DNA from: a virus
Direction: 5' to 3' (one strand)
Length of the DNA: 64,000 nucleotides
IMG/VR virus record: IMGVR_UViG_2509601026_000001
In this document: piece by piece, positions 7,613 to 18,239 of the stretch
Layout: every line of letters starts with the position of its first letter
Numbering within the stretch: the first letter of the stretch is position 1
Notes under the pieces: model-generated
Told to the model about the DNA's origin: nothing
What the model saw: only the letters and a program-made list of their open reading frames with translations
The model's database searches: none
Position numbers and translations under genes: made by a program

Positions 7613-10447
7613 TCAATCGCTTGTATCCCTTATGGATAAAGCGTTTTGGATAGATTCAAAGGCGAGGGGCAGAACTTCTTTGGGCAGTACATAGGACTTA
7701 GTTGTACGGCTATGCTTCCGGCCCAGCAGCGTACTGATGGACGGTTCTGGCGAGTCAGATTGGACGTACTTACGCCATACATCTTGACTCATCACGTACC
7801 GTACAGACACGTTTGTACGCCCCCCTTGTACGGCTTTGACGATCTGTTTGAACTGAGCACGGTCGAACAGGTGCCCGTTCGCTGCAACAATTTCGTCAAA
7901 GACCGTGCTGGGGATGGCCACAGAATCGGGCTGTGTCCTGGGGGTGATCATCAGATTCCAGGGGCCAGCCTTGCCCTGCCCGATTGCATGGGTAAGCCAG
8001 TCATCGAGCAGGTTGAGTGGGTCTAGATCAAGATGGCCCTCTACCTGGGTCGGTACTACCTCGTCAAAGAGATAGGCTTCCAGGGGGGCCATCTCTTCGG
8101 TTCCGAGGATATGCCTCATAACCTGTTCGGTGGCATAGGCGACGATCGCTATGCCCTTAACCGTGCGACGGTCTACGTTCATCTCTTGGATGACTTCTCG
8201 CCAGCGGGTGATACCGGCCAGGTCAAATGGAATGTTTACGAACTCGAAGAAACTGGCCGATAGGTCATCGACCAGGGGGGCCAGATCAGACAGGTCGATC
8301 AGCTGGTCAGGCCGATCCTCTAGCCTAAAGTTAAGGTTGAGGAATCTGGCGTTGGTTGCATCGTCATCAGTGCCCAGCTTGGGGTTAGTGCAGATAGAGA
8401 TAGACCGGGTAATCCGGCGATTCGTGTTCTTGGCGTTGCCTCCTTTGGCACCACCAAATGCCCTGCGGCTCAGGTCGTGAAAGTCAAACCTGAGCATCTT
8501 CTTCTCGGTCCGGTTGGAAACTGGGTCGTCAAAGAATAGGGGCAGGTTGGTGGCAATGTCCAGCAGGTCAAGCAGCTGGGCCTCTGTCTCCGGTGACTTT
8601 GGCTCATGGCCGAGCAACCGAGAGCAGATCATGGCCGCATAGCTTTTGCCGCTGCCGATGCCGCCGAACGGGTTGAGCAGCGGAAAGCTGCCGTGGACCG
8701 ATAGTATTTCGTCCCGGTGTGTGGCAGCTAGGGTGAAGCCGAGCATAAAGATCAGCTGCATGAAGTAGCGATCGCTCACGGCTGGGGCCAGGGCGTCTAG
8801 AAAGTGCTTGAGTGCACCGGGCTTTTGTGCCCTGAAGCCCAGGTAGTTATCAGGCTTAACGCCCTGATAGAACCAATTGGGTGAGCAAAATTCAGGAGCC
8901 GGAGCCGGGAAGATCCAGCCTCCGTCTACCTGCTTGCCGTACCGTTTGGCAATGTTCTTGGCAGGCTGCGTCGTGAAATCTACCCCGTCGGCTTGCTCAG
9001 CAATATGGGTGAGCAGGTCCACCCGTTCCCCGGTAAATGAGATGGGTGGTCTTGCGTCAGGGAACCGATGGATTGCAGCAATCAGATCTTTAATGGTCGC
9101 CATGTCAGCCGGAGTAAGCATACCTTCAAAGGGCTTGCCCTTTTCAAGATGTACCCTGACCCAGTAAGGACAGCCTAAATCCTGCCTGTCTTCTGGGCCA
9201 GGAATTGCCGCCCCAACTACCTCGATCCGAAAGTTGGAAATTTTGGTTTTTCGTCGGTAGAGACAATTTCCAATCACGATCGGAGCATTCCAATTGTCAG
9301 CAGTCCAGTCTGATTCTATAGACTTAGAATCAGATGCGACGTTTTTACCTGACGATTTGGCAGATTTTTTGGTAGCTGGGGCCAGCTCTTTTTTTGAGCC
9401 GTGGCCAGGGCTGGGAAATGTAAAGCCATACTGCTTTGCAATCCATACCACTGTCCCAAAATTACAGGGCCTAGCTGGTGGATTTTTTGCTAGGCTCTCA
9501 GCTCTTTTTTGAAGATGCCAATCTTCGGCTGGTTGAGCCAGGGGAGAACCCTGGGCAATATCAATGGCCTTCTGCACACCAAAGGTGTGGACCAGGCCAG
9601 CTAGCAGGCGTTGGCAATCCGGGTAGGTGCCACTACCCGGTTTACCCCTGGCGGGAAAGTAGGGGGCCATAAGCCTAGCCAGTTCTTCAGGACTTAGGTT
9701 TCCCTTGCCTTCAAACCGTTTTGCGGCTTCCCTTGCCCTGTTCTCTACAGCCCTGATTCGGTTGAACTCCTTTTTCTGAAAGGCTCTAAAGCCCTCAAAG
9801 AACGATTCGTCCAACCTTGAATAGGGATTGATGTAATAAGGAGTTCTACCCTCAGCACCGTAAAATACACGGTCTGAGTTTTTACAACTCGGGTCAGGGC
9901 CAGGGAATAGAGTATGGAGATATTGATAGGCAAGAGATATATTCTCAAAGCCTTCAATGGGCCGAGGCAGTACAAAGACAATCCTAAATTTGTTATAGTC
10001 AGGCTTGCTGCTGGCACTCTCTTGAATGAGTGCCGCATGTCTTCTTATAAAGGGGTGGGCGATCGCATTCTCTAGGGTTAACTCCCCAGAGTATTCGGTG
10101 AGATATTTGTCATTCTCATCTTTTATGCGCTTACCTTCGGAATCAAGGATGTATCGAGTGTTGTCAACATCAATGGCAAGACAATCAAGATGATTGCAAT
10201 ATTCCCTTGCCTTACGCTTAGCTCCGCCGTCGAGCAACCCTGGCATCCAGGTGTAGCCCGCCTGGTGGTGTTCGGCCAGGGTGAAAATGTCGGTATACTC
10301 GGTAGACCAATTTGCAGGCTCGGCCAGTTCCTCGGGGAACTTCAAGGGCTTGCCCTTGATGACTCTCGTGGAGGACCAGCGGAAGTGAACAGTCTGGGGT
10401 GGGTCCGGTGGCATCGGGACCGGAGAGGAAACCGTACCTTCACGCAT
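7613..10447 (-). CDS. primase-helicase (AEP primase, PriCT-like domain, C-terminal P-loop)
   Basis: LAIDVD, S..KFRIVF, DPSCKNSDRVFY in the N-terminal part; Walker A GGIGSGKS and Walker B LFFDD. Confidence 0.8.
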   Translation of the reverse strand: MREGTVSSPVPMPPDPPQTVHFRWSSTRVIKGKPLKFPEELAEPANWSTEYTDIFTLAEHHQAGYTWMPGLLDGGAKRKAREYCNHLDCLAIDVDNTRYILDSEGKRIKDENDKYLTEYSGELTLENAIAHPFIRRHAALIQESASSKPDYNKFRIVFVLPRPIEGFENISLAYQYLHTLFPGPDPSCKNSDRVFYGAEGRTPYYINPYSRLDESFFEGFRAFQKKEFNRIRAVENRAREAAKRFEGKGNLSPEELARLMAPYFPARGKPGSGTYPDCQRLLAGLVHTFGVQKAIDIAQGSPLAQPAEDWHLQKRAESLAKNPPARPCNFGTVVWIAKQYGFTFPSPGHGSKKELAPATKKSAKSSGKNVASDSKSIESDWTADNWNAPIVIGNCLYRRKTKISNFRIEVVGAAIPGPEDRQDLGCPYWVRVHLEKGKPFEGMLTPADMATIKDLIAAIHRFPDARPPISFTGERVDLLTHIAEQADGVDFTTQPAKNIAKRYGKQVDGGWIFPAPAPEFCSPNWFYQGVKPDNYLGFRAQKPGALKHFLDALAPAVSDRYFMQLIFMLGFTLAATHRDEILSVHGSFPLLNPFGGIGSGKSYAAMICSRLLGHEPKSPETEAQLLDLLDIATNLPLFFDDPVSNRTEKKMLRFDFHDLSRRAFGGAKGGNAKNTNRRITRSISICTNPKLGTDDDATNARFLNLNFRLEDRPDQLIDLSDLAPLVDDLSASFFEFVNIPFDLAGITRWREVIQEMNVDRRTVKGIAIVAYATEQVMRHILGTEEMAPLEAYLFDEVVPTQVEGHLDLDPLNLLDDWLTHAIGQGKAGPWNLMITPRTQPDSVAIPSTVFDEIVAANGHLFDRAQFKQIVKAVQGGRTNVSVRYVMSQDVWRKYVQSDSPEPSISTLLGRKHSRTTKSYVLPKEVLPLAFESIQNALSIRDTSD

Positions 10448-10725
10448 ATTGCGCCCCCGAGCTTACCTGTTGTAATGTGATTCTCAAAAGTACATTTCCC
10501 GGTTCCCGGATTGTCGCCAAACATAGGCCGGGAGCCGGGTGCCTTTGTTGTTTCATGGTGGCACCGTTGTCAATTACAACTGTCTTAACATCATAGGACA
10601 GATGGCTCTACGATCATAGTCTCACGCTATAGACCTAGAACCCATTAAGCCAAAATTACGATATCTGTCTATAGAAATAGTCCATAGGGGTTCATTCTGC
10701 TATTCTTTAGTTTTAACTGAGGTAG

Positions 10726-11430
10726 ATGGTAAGTGTGGGTAGTTCCGAGATTGCGGCATTGGCTGCCAGGTTCAGGGCTGTCTCAACGTCGAAAGACGGC
10801 ATCAAGACATTCGTAATCGCTTTGAAGCGGGCCATGCCCGACCCGCAAGAAATGACCCAGGAAGAATTGGCAGTAGCCATTGGCATGAGCCGGTCAACGC
10901 TTGCAGCTCTACTCGATCCAAGCCGGACCCCTAAGAAAGAATCGATCCCACTGGCCGCTTACGAAAACCTAAGACGGGCACTGGAACCGATTATGCCGGG
11001 GGAGTCAGAACCCCTCTCCAGAGAGGGGTTGATCGATCTCATCCTAAAGGAGGATGGTGCAACCGTTGCCGCCGGGAAGCGATCGCTGCTCGGAGTCGAG
11101 ATAGAGAAGCAGCTGCACCGGAACATGGCCAGAGAAGGCGGCAGAACCTACGAGGAGGTAGAGGCCGAGCTAGTCAAGATGCTGCAAATTCTCCCCAAAG
11201 ATGGGGAGAGCATGGCAAAGGGCATGTTATCCGAAGAAGAGGCCAAGGAACGTTTGCAGGAGATGCGGTGTGGTCGATACACGCCAGAGCTTGAACTAGA
11301 AACTGCCCTCCTCGCAGCATGGTTGGAGTGCGACGAAGAGGGCAATCATGATCAGCGCTGGGTCAAATGGATATGCGGCCTAATGCCGCAAAATTATGAA
11401 TGGAAGGGGGCTGGATCTAGGGGGTCATAG
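10726..11430 (+). CDS. XRE-type HTH transcriptional regulator
   Basis: MTQEELAVAIGMSRSTLAAL; divergent from the primase gene. Confidence 0.75.
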   Translation: MVSVGSSEIAALAARFRAVSTSKDGIKTFVIALKRAMPDPQEMTQEELAVAIGMSRSTLAALLDPSRTPKKESIPLAAYENLRRALEPIMPGESEPLSREGLIDLILKEDGATVAAGKRSLLGVEIEKQLHRNMAREGGRTYEEVEAELVKMLQILPKDGESMAKGMLSEEEAKERLQEMRCGRYTPELELETALLAAWLECDEEGNHDQRWVKWICGLMPQNYEWKGAGSRGS

Positions 11431-11636
11431 GTCAATAAAAATTTACGATTGTTAGCAATAACCGTCAGGTTTGAATAATAACCCACCTGTCTTTGCATCA
11501 ATCTGAAGTAAGCCAGATGGGACGCAAGAGACTTTAACCCGTCGACATACCCAATATCGATCGAAAGTAAATCACCGGAATAAAGTAAGTTAATATTTGT
11601 CATCGAGTAGTGTGAAAAATGCTCTCATAATGATGA

Positions 11637-11675
11637 CAAAAAAAGGGGATCTTGAATAAACAAGATCCCCTTTGT
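11637..11675 (-). terminator. intrinsic terminator
   Basis: aaaggggatcttg...caagatcccctttg stem with flanking A run (T run on minus strand). Confidence 0.65.
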
Positions 11676-11695
11676 TCTGCAAAGAATCTGTAAGG

Positions 11696-11941
11696 CTAGG
11701 CTGCCTGTCCGTGATCCTGCGGAGCCACGTTCAGGCTTACAGACTCTCTCAACCTTTCCGACATAGTGGCAAGGACAGAGGCCATAACCAGCCTGCGCTG
11801 AGGGCTTAGCTCATCGAACTCTATCCGCAGTAGGGTGCGATCGGCGTCGGCCAGTGAGATAACCAGGGCGTTGACGGACAGATGGGCCATGTCCGAATCT
11901 TCAAGAACGATAGTCTGTAGTCGTCTTTGGGAAATATCCAT
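11696..11941 (-). CDS. hypothetical protein
   Basis: ORF between a hairpin element and a terminator. Confidence 0.65.
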   Translation of the reverse strand: MDISQRRLQTIVLEDSDMAHLSVNALVISLADADRTLLRIEFDELSPQRRLVMASVLATMSERLRESVSLNVAPQDHGQAA

Positions 11942-11993
11942 AGTTTCACGAGTGATCTAGGGTTTACAAATTGAAAACTCTGGGTGGAAATAA

Positions 11994-12020
11994 CTACCCT
12001 GCCCCGGAGGGGCAAGGTAG
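11994..12020. repeat. C-GGA-G hairpin element (outlying copy)
   Basis: ctaccctgcccc-gga-ggggcaaggtag. Confidence 0.85.
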
Positions 12021-12047
12021 AAAATACTGTTGCTGTAAAAAGGAAAA

Positions 12048-12893
12048 TCAAGCAGCAGCAGGATAAAGCTGCGGGTGGTGCTGTCGAAATAGATGAACCT
12101 GCTCGACTGCCCTGACCCTGAACTTATCCATCTGAATAGGGTTGTGAGTCAGAAAGATTTGGGGGCTTTCCTGCCTCTCGCTGAGGACGATAATGCCCCA
12201 CTGCTGAATGTTCAGGCTGGGGGTGCGCTCAGCAAAACCCATGTCATACAGGGCCAGCTGCTTCATGGTCTTGACGTATTTGTAGTAGCCGCTGGGGTTC
12301 TTGCCTCCAGAGCTGGGTGAACGACTAGAGTACAGACCCTCGCAAGTCTTCAGGTCAAACAGCGTCAGCCGCTTGAACATCGTGCCGAACGTGCAGATGT
12401 TGTCCGGGGTGCCTACGTACCCGTGCTCCTCATTCCAGATGTGATAGTGTTTCTCACTGGTCCCGTCGGCCAGCTCACGGTGAAATGAGAAATCCACATC
12501 GGCAGGCCAGTCAAAGCCTGCGCCGTCGATCGGCCCCTCTGACCAGATGGGCGATCGCAAGTCGGGGACGATCGTTTCGAGCCTGCGCCAGAACGGAGCA
12601 ATCCAGTCATGACTGGCAATGTCGGCAACCTCGCCCTTCATGGCCGCTTCCAGGCAGGAGTGAACCTGGGTGCCCCGCCATGCGTGGAACTTGTCGGGGT
12701 CGATTCCCTCAGCTTCGCACCGGGCAACGATGTCGGGGTTCTTTTCCCGCCACTCCTTGCGCCATTTCATGAGGCCATCGTTATTGCCTTTCGGGTTAAA
12801 GCCCAGGATTGATGTAACCCTGGGCAACCTCCGCCCGATGGCAGGCACTAGCCTTAAGTCTTCTTGGTCCAATCCGTCCTGAACAACTGCCAT
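12048..12893 (-). CDS. PD-(D/E)XK exonuclease (phage exonuclease / MGME1-like)
   Basis: LPRVTSIL, RGTQVH..LE, SE, YVGTPD, LFDLKT, QLALY. Confidence 0.85.
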   Translation of the reverse strand: MAVVQDGLDQEDLRLVPAIGRRLPRVTSILGFNPKGNNDGLMKWRKEWREKNPDIVARCEAEGIDPDKFHAWRGTQVHSCLEAAMKGEVADIASHDWIAPFWRRLETIVPDLRSPIWSEGPIDGAGFDWPADVDFSFHRELADGTSEKHYHIWNEEHGYVGTPDNICTFGTMFKRLTLFDLKTCEGLYSSRSPSSGGKNPSGYYKYVKTMKQLALYDMGFAERTPSLNIQQWGIIVLSERQESPQIFLTHNPIQMDKFRVRAVEQVHLFRQHHPQLYPAAA

Positions 12894-12947
12894 TTCTATA
12901 ATCTCGGTCTACTTCCAAGATTATAGCAGCCAGTTACAACTAGAGAA

Positions 12948-13409
12948 CTATAGGTAGTCAGGGACAGTCAGGCCGTGATGCGCAGCAATTTCCTTGAGGG
13001 CTTGAATCATCTCATCTAATTTGAGAGAGCCGGTAAAAAGAGAACAGCTTTCATCAAAAGACAGATCCCATACAGTCCTGGCATAGTTCCATTCAATTTC
13101 ACTGCCAAGTGCAGAGGAACCATCTCTCAGAAATACATAAAATTCATCGTCTATATCAAGCACATCTTCGATACTTCCGACACAAGTATCTTCGTCGTCT
13201 GAAGTATCAGGCATAAAATAAGGCAGATATTCTGCATGAAAATCTTCAAGGGTAATTCCCTTATGCTCACAAAAATCATCCACGCATTTATCACCGGCTA
13301 GGCAATGAGATGTGCCACAGTGAAAAGATGACTGGATGTGTGGACGCTCACCAGTCTTAAAGCGATGAAGTCTCATCGCAATTTCATCTATAGATTGCTG
13401 AGTAACCAC
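12948..13409 (-). CDS. hypothetical phage protein
   Basis: HCGTSHCLAG motif. Confidence 0.65.
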   Translation of the reverse strand: MVTQQSIDEIAMRLHRFKTGERPHIQSSFHCGTSHCLAGDKCVDDFCEHKGITLEDFHAEYLPYFMPDTSDDEDTCVGSIEDVLDIDDEFYVFLRDGSSALGSEIEWNYARTVWDLSFDESCSLFTGSLKLDEMIQALKEIAAHHGLTVPDYL

Positions 13410-13411
13410 GT

Positions 13412-13672
13412 TCAGTACCTCCGTTGTATAGGTAAACGAATTGGACTAAAGTTTGATAATGGAGACTGTAAAATGTCTCGGCAGAACCTTTCAAAATAGG
13501 TTGCAGAATCAATGCCTTTTGATACACGACATTCGTAAATTGTGGGCAATTCTCCTTCTTTTTCAATTAGCTTTTCCATCGCGTCATTGCAGGATGCAGC
13601 ACTGACCACCAAGAATGATGGTCTTGTTTTTCCAGTGTGTAATTTTGCTGCGTAGATAAGAAGATACTTCAC
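13412..13672 (-). CDS. hypothetical protein
   Basis: tight operon packing. Confidence 0.55.
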   Translation of the reverse strand: MKYLLIYAAKLHTGKTRPSFLVVSAASCNDAMEKLIEKEGELPTIYECRVSKGIDSATYFERFCRDILQSPLSNFSPIRLPIQRRY

Positions 13673-14238
13673 GGTTTACTGTAACCTAATGCCTCTCTAA
13701 CGTTTGCCAGTCGGGCATTAGCTTTCTGCACAGGATTAATGCCCATCAGCTTTCCGGTGGCATAGCCTTCGAGCATGACTAACTGCTGAATGGCATTGGC
13801 CAGATGGCCTTGAATTTGATGAAGGTCCGTCTTGTTGTAGACAGCAAAACCGGGCGAAAACTGGTGGGCAGGGATTCGAGAATTGGCAAGATGAGGGGCC
13901 AACAAAAGTAGGTCGGCCAGGTTTATCGGTTCTCCAGCAGAGATCTTTGCAAACAACTCTTGCAGCTCTGCATTAATGCCGGACAGAGCCATGTCATCGG
14001 AATAAATAAAGAAAATGTCTGCGGCCTGCTGCACCTTGATTCGGTAAGGGCCAGATGTAAATCCAGCTTCCTTTGCAATGTTGGAATTCTTGACGTATTT
14101 CCAGGCCCACTCTGCATCTGAAATGTCCTTGATGGTGGAAAAGTCCCCCCAGCGATCGGACAAATAAATTTGCAGAACAGAATCATAAAACGGCAAGGCT
14201 TGATAACCTTCCCGCAAGATAGTTTCTTTGGTAATCAT
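13669..14238 (-). CDS. hypothetical protein
   Basis: ATGA overlaps on both sides. Confidence 0.7.
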   Translation of the reverse strand: MITKETILREGYQALPFYDSVLQIYLSDRWGDFSTIKDISDAEWAWKYVKNSNIAKEAGFTSGPYRIKVQQAADIFFIYSDDMALSGINAELQELFAKISAGEPINLADLLLLAPHLANSRIPAHQFSPGFAVYNKTDLHQIQGHLANAIQQLVMLEGYATGKLMGINPVQKANARLANVREALGYSKP

Positions 14239-14642
14239 GCTGCTTTGACTCCTTCAAACATGGTCAAGATTTCATTTACAAATTGACCGATGACCTGGGT
14301 GGTAATCGGTTCATCTTCTTTGGTTTTGCAACCGTCAATGATGGCGATCAGATCATCGGCAGATAGAGCCAGTTCCTTGACCGCAGATAGAAACCGATCC
14401 TTTGGCCCCATGACGTAGGGGCCAATGTCGGCAAAATAGGTCAGGTCGTTTTTGTCGTTGAAGCCGTAGTAGCGATCGCTATCGGCCTGGTCATAGAAAA
14501 ACCTATTGCACTCAAGCAATAGGTTGTAGGCCTGACAATGGACGGCAAAGGCCTCACGGCAGGTTGGGTCTATTTCCCCCCTGGTGCCAGGAAGGTGCCG
14601 CAGGGGGGGAGCCTCCAGCACCTCACTGATAGTTAGGGTCAT
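14235..14642 (-). CDS. hypothetical protein
   Basis: ATGA overlaps. Confidence 0.7.
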   Translation of the reverse strand: MTLTISEVLEAPPLRHLPGTRGEIDPTCREAFAVHCQAYNLLLECNRFFYDQADSDRYYGFNDKNDLTYFADIGPYVMGPKDRFLSAVKELALSADDLIAIIDGCKTKEDEPITTQVIGQFVNEILTMFEGVKAA

Positions 14643-15349
14643 GCTTCTACGGGAACCTTCGGTTTGGCCTTGCCTTCTCGTATCAACTTGCGCTGACGCA
14701 TTGGCAGTGCAGTTGAATTGAGCGGGTTGCCTCGGTTGTCGAGCAGGTCAGTTGGGTCGTAGTCGTAGTCGTCTACGTTGACCTCGGTAGCCGAGGGAAC
14801 ATCAATGGCATCATTGATTTCACCTGGGCCGACTACCTTTAGGTGCCGCACAGAACCAGCCCCTAGTACTTTGAGCTTGAGCTGTGTTGCCTCTTGCTCA
14901 ACAGGTTTCTTGAGACTGTTGATCGCTTCATCGATCAAGTCTTCGAGTGCTCGAACAAGGGGGTCGTTGGCCTCGGCCACTTCCCAGGGAATCTCTACGG
15001 TGCTCGACACCGACGGGTAGCCCTTCTTGACTGGGGTGTGGATCTTGCACTCGATAGATGCAAGCTCAGCCTCAGCAGACGGGTCGTTGGCGATCAGTTC
15101 CTTGCCGTACTTGGACAGGTTGGGAACGATTGAAGAAATGCGGAAATCCTTCAAGTCCCAAAAGCCCAGGTCAAATCCGGCCATCGTGACGATCGCCTCT
15201 TTGACTCGGGCAAAGGCTCCCACCATCTGAGCTGTCGGCTCAATGGCGTGTCGAGTCACTGGCCCATCTTGGCCCAGGTACTTGATCGTGAGCTTGTTGG
15301 CCTCAGCGGCTTTAATGGCCAGGATGAAAAATTCAGGTTTCTTGCTCAT
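14639..15349 (-). CDS. hypothetical protein
   Basis: 236 aa ORF in operon. Confidence 0.7.
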   Translation of the reverse strand: MSKKPEFFILAIKAAEANKLTIKYLGQDGPVTRHAIEPTAQMVGAFARVKEAIVTMAGFDLGFWDLKDFRISSIVPNLSKYGKELIANDPSAEAELASIECKIHTPVKKGYPSVSSTVEIPWEVAEANDPLVRALEDLIDEAINSLKKPVEQEATQLKLKVLGAGSVRHLKVVGPGEINDAIDVPSATEVNVDDYDYDPTDLLDNRGNPLNSTALPMRQRKLIREGKAKPKVPVEA

Positions 15350-15375
15350 AGTGGAATGCAGATAAACAGCAGAAA

Positions 15376-15900
15376 TTAACCAAGCCGAAGCTCAAGAAAT
15401 GAAAGGCAGCAAATCAGGCCAGAGTAACGAGCATTGCGTTTGGCATCACCAAATGACACCCACTCGTTAGAGGCAAGAGACTCGTAATGTGTACCGTCAC
15501 CTGGAGCTGTGTACTGCTCTGAGTTTGTCAAATTGACCGCAAAGCAATAACAGACTTCATCAGTTTGAGTGCCGACAATGTAGGAACCAATTGAGATCAT
15601 CGTTGAGCGATCAGCCTTATATCCAGCCTCTTCCCATAGCTCAACAATGGCAATGTCTTGCTTATTAAGATCGGGATTATCAAGGCTTCCAGTAATAGGA
15701 GAAAGCTGAAGGGGAGAGCCAGGAAACTGAGGCATTGCTTGCTTGCGAACCAATACTTCGACCGCACCGCCACGGCTGCGGTTGTAGCGATAGGGAAGGA
15801 CAGCAATGCTGTCTCGGCCAAGCCGCTGAGCAAAATGATAGGGATGGACTTCATCAGCATTGATAATTGAAATTCGAGGAGTCGAAAATAATATTTTCAT
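15376..15900 (-). CDS. NUDIX hydrolase
   Basis: Nudix-box variant GSLDNPDLNKQDIAIVELWEEAGY. Confidence 0.8.
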   Translation of the reverse strand: MKILFSTPRISIINADEVHPYHFAQRLGRDSIAVLPYRYNRSRGGAVEVLVRKQAMPQFPGSPLQLSPITGSLDNPDLNKQDIAIVELWEEAGYKADRSTMISIGSYIVGTQTDEVCYCFAVNLTNSEQYTAPGDGTHYESLASNEWVSFGDAKRNARYSGLICCLSFLELRLG

Positions 15901-15978
15901 GGTTCAGAGATGAAGGGTGAAGGGTAAGAACAAAGAAAGGGTGCCACTGGGGCACCCTCATATGCGGCAGGTAAATCG

Positions 15979-16953
15979 TTAGGCGGCGGTGGCCTGGACC
16001 TCTATCGTGCCGTCATCGTCTACGGGGATGACCGGAGCAATGGGGGCAACGTCGATAGGGCCAATAAGCTGCTGAGCCATGGCCTCAATGTCAGAGGCAG
16101 GCAAAGCGCTAAACTCGCTGGCCGCAGAGAACTGTAGTTGACGGATATCTACAGCCTCTTCCCATTCGGTGCCTGCAATGAGCTGGTGGACCAGCATGGT
16201 GCCCATGAACCGAGGCATTTCCTCTCGGGAAACAAGGAACTGTTCCACGGACTCGTAGGCAATGCAGCTTGCCAGGGTGCGAGGCCGGGGAATGTCTGCA
16301 TCCCCATGGGCCTCGATCGTGTCTGCCACCCGCTTGAGAAAGTCTTTCTCAGCTTTGGTTTCGGGCAGTCGGTAGTCAAAGAAGACACCCGCTAGTTCAT
16401 CGCCGCCAGGGCCTTTGTGGCTTGCGTCGATACCAATCCGGGTAATCACTTCCCACGGAGCAAGGCCTGCCGTTTGCAAGTCAATCAAGAACTTGGCAAA
16501 GCCACCGTTGGCACGGGTCAGAGAGACGTTGTGAAAATTGGTCGTGGTCAACATGCTGGGGCTGATCGCCGCCTTGCCCTCTTCGGTCAAAGCCTCATAG
16601 GTCCAGGGGGTAACAAACCCGTAGATGATTCCACGGTTCTTGTAAGCGGTGTCCACCAGGACTTGAATGAACTGTTGCTCACTGGCCTTGGCCTCGATCT
16701 GCTTCTGGATGAAGGCATACTTCAATGGCCCCTGCGGGTCGCGTAGCTTATCCAGGGAGATTGGAGGAATAGGCCCGTGAACCAGCTCATTGGCAACCAT
16801 GACCATTTCAATAGGCTCACGGGTCAAGGAAATAGCCCCGGTGGGACCGTCTGCAAAGAATCGATCCTTGCAGTTGATTCTGAAACTTTGCTCATAGCCG
16901 ACCATCGTTAGGCCGGTCTTGGAAGGCTGAGGCTTTGCAGAAAGTTTAACCAT
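15979..16953 (-). CDS. hypothetical protein, possibly ssDNA-binding/annealing
   Basis: 324 aa; function suggested only by context (exonuclease, Gp157, SSB). Confidence 0.5.
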   Translation of the reverse strand: MVKLSAKPQPSKTGLTMVGYEQSFRINCKDRFFADGPTGAISLTREPIEMVMVANELVHGPIPPISLDKLRDPQGPLKYAFIQKQIEAKASEQQFIQVLVDTAYKNRGIIYGFVTPWTYEALTEEGKAAISPSMLTTTNFHNVSLTRANGGFAKFLIDLQTAGLAPWEVITRIGIDASHKGPGGDELAGVFFDYRLPETKAEKDFLKRVADTIEAHGDADIPRPRTLASCIAYESVEQFLVSREEMPRFMGTMLVHQLIAGTEWEEAVDIRQLQFSAASEFSALPASDIEAMAQQLIGPIDVAPIAPVIPVDDDGTIEVQATAA

Positions 16954-17082
16954 GATTAACTTCTCGATTGCAGATTACGGATTACAGACTTGGCTCTAGG
17001 TAGAGGGGTTGTCTAGCTCTATATCACTAGAACAAATCCCCTCTAGTTCTATAATTCTAGCAGAGGTAGGCTATAGTTACAA

Positions 17083-17754
17083 CTATTTAGCCTTTGTTTT
17101 TCGGGGCTTAGACAGGGATAGGGTAGTGCTTTTCTTAATAGCAAAGCCTCTGTATTCGCCATCTTTGAGTATCTTTTTCAGGGATACCTTGTCGGGTTTT
17201 ACAGACACCTTGATGCAAGAAATACCATAGGCAGAAATGTCTTTGAACTCATCCAGAAAAGCTTCGGGATCTACAGGGACAGCTGAATAAACGCAGTTCT
17301 CAAGAAGGTCTTGAAGTCTTCTTTGAAAGACTCCGATACGGTCTTGAGTCTCGGGCAGAACCTCGACCGATTCAGATGACTTCAGAAAAAATTTCCCTTC
17401 GTCAGTCTGAACACCTTTCGGAAAGTGGGTTGAGACAAACCAGTGCATCAGCCCATTGATCCATGCGGCCTTAGCCTTTCGGGCCTCGGCCTGGGCCTTG
17501 ATACGTTCAGCTTTCTCAAGTAGTACAGCAGCCTGAGCATCGAGTGCTTCAGCCGTATCGTTGGCCTGGATCAAAAAGTCTTCAGCGCTATCGGCCAAAA
17601 TGGCAAGATGGGTTTGGATTCCTGCCAGTTCATCTTCATAAAGAGTGGGGTCTTCGGCAGTTTCTAGCGCCTCTTGAATTTCAAGATAGCGGTTGTAAGC
17701 ATTGTCTAAGCTTGTGCTGAGAGAGATAGCTTGAGGGAATGGGTTTGGATTCAT
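17083..17754 (-). CDS. siphovirus Gp157-like (Gam-like) protein
   Basis: N-terminal coiled coil, LKSSESVEV, KPDKVSLKKILKDG. Confidence 0.7.
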   Translation of the reverse strand: MNPNPFPQAISLSTSLDNAYNRYLEIQEALETAEDPTLYEDELAGIQTHLAILADSAEDFLIQANDTAEALDAQAAVLLEKAERIKAQAEARKAKAAWINGLMHWFVSTHFPKGVQTDEGKFFLKSSESVEVLPETQDRIGVFQRRLQDLLENCVYSAVPVDPEAFLDEFKDISAYGISCIKVSVKPDKVSLKKILKDGEYRGFAIKKSTTLSLSKPRKTKAK

Positions 17755-17786
17755 GAGTTACAATTTTAGAGTCTTTAGGTGGAACA

Positions 17787-18074
17787 ATGAGACGGAAACA
17801 CACAATCACTGTGAAAGGGCAGACTGTTTCGATTAAGCGAAGTAGTCAATCTGTCCTGTCAATTTCAATGCCAGAAGATCCGTTCAAAGCGATTCAAGAA
17901 AAATACGGCTCCCCCCAGGTTCGGGAATGGGCAAGAGCCGTATTGATCCGCGAGGCAATCAAGGTCGGCCTAATCGACAGACCGACCGGCAGGGCGCTTA
18001 TCCGACTGGGCATGACTGAAATCATCCCGGCTGACCCGGTAGAAAGTATGGGCAGCCCCGATGAGGTTGCCTAA
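17787..18074 (+). CDS. small putative DNA-binding protein
   Basis: basic 95 aa; SPQVREWARAVLIRE; divergent from the Gp157-like gene. Confidence 0.5.
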   Translation: MRRKHTITVKGQTVSIKRSSQSVLSISMPEDPFKAIQEKYGSPQVREWARAVLIREAIKVGLIDRPTGRALIRLGMTEIIPADPVESMGSPDEVA

Positions 18075-18191
18075 TTCCTCCTTGGTCGGCTTTGTGACAT
18101 TGTGGTAAATCCGGCTGTTACTGGATTCCAGATAAGCGGTAGCAGCGGCATAGCCAGCGGATAGAGCAGCGCCAATAAGGGGTAGGAACAT
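17970..18191 (-). CDS. hypothetical protein
   Basis: follows ssb; overlaps the plus-strand ORF, so only one may be real in the overlap. Confidence 0.4.
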   Translation of the reverse strand: MFLPLIGAALSAGYAAATAYLESSNSRIYHNVTKPTKEELGNLIGAAHTFYRVSRDDFSHAQSDKRPAGRSVD

Positions 18192-18239
18192 AGTTTCAAC
18201 TTAGATAGATGGACTTGAAATCAACCTGGAGACTAGGCC

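Noticed and set aside
7314-7616. 100-aa ORF and its opposite-strand counterpart (7056-7382)
   Set aside because: They translate the iteron region; probably non-coding.
10627-10674. ctatagac/gtctatag inverted pair as XRE operator
   Set aside because: Only one 8-bp pair in AT-rich DNA; insufficient by itself.
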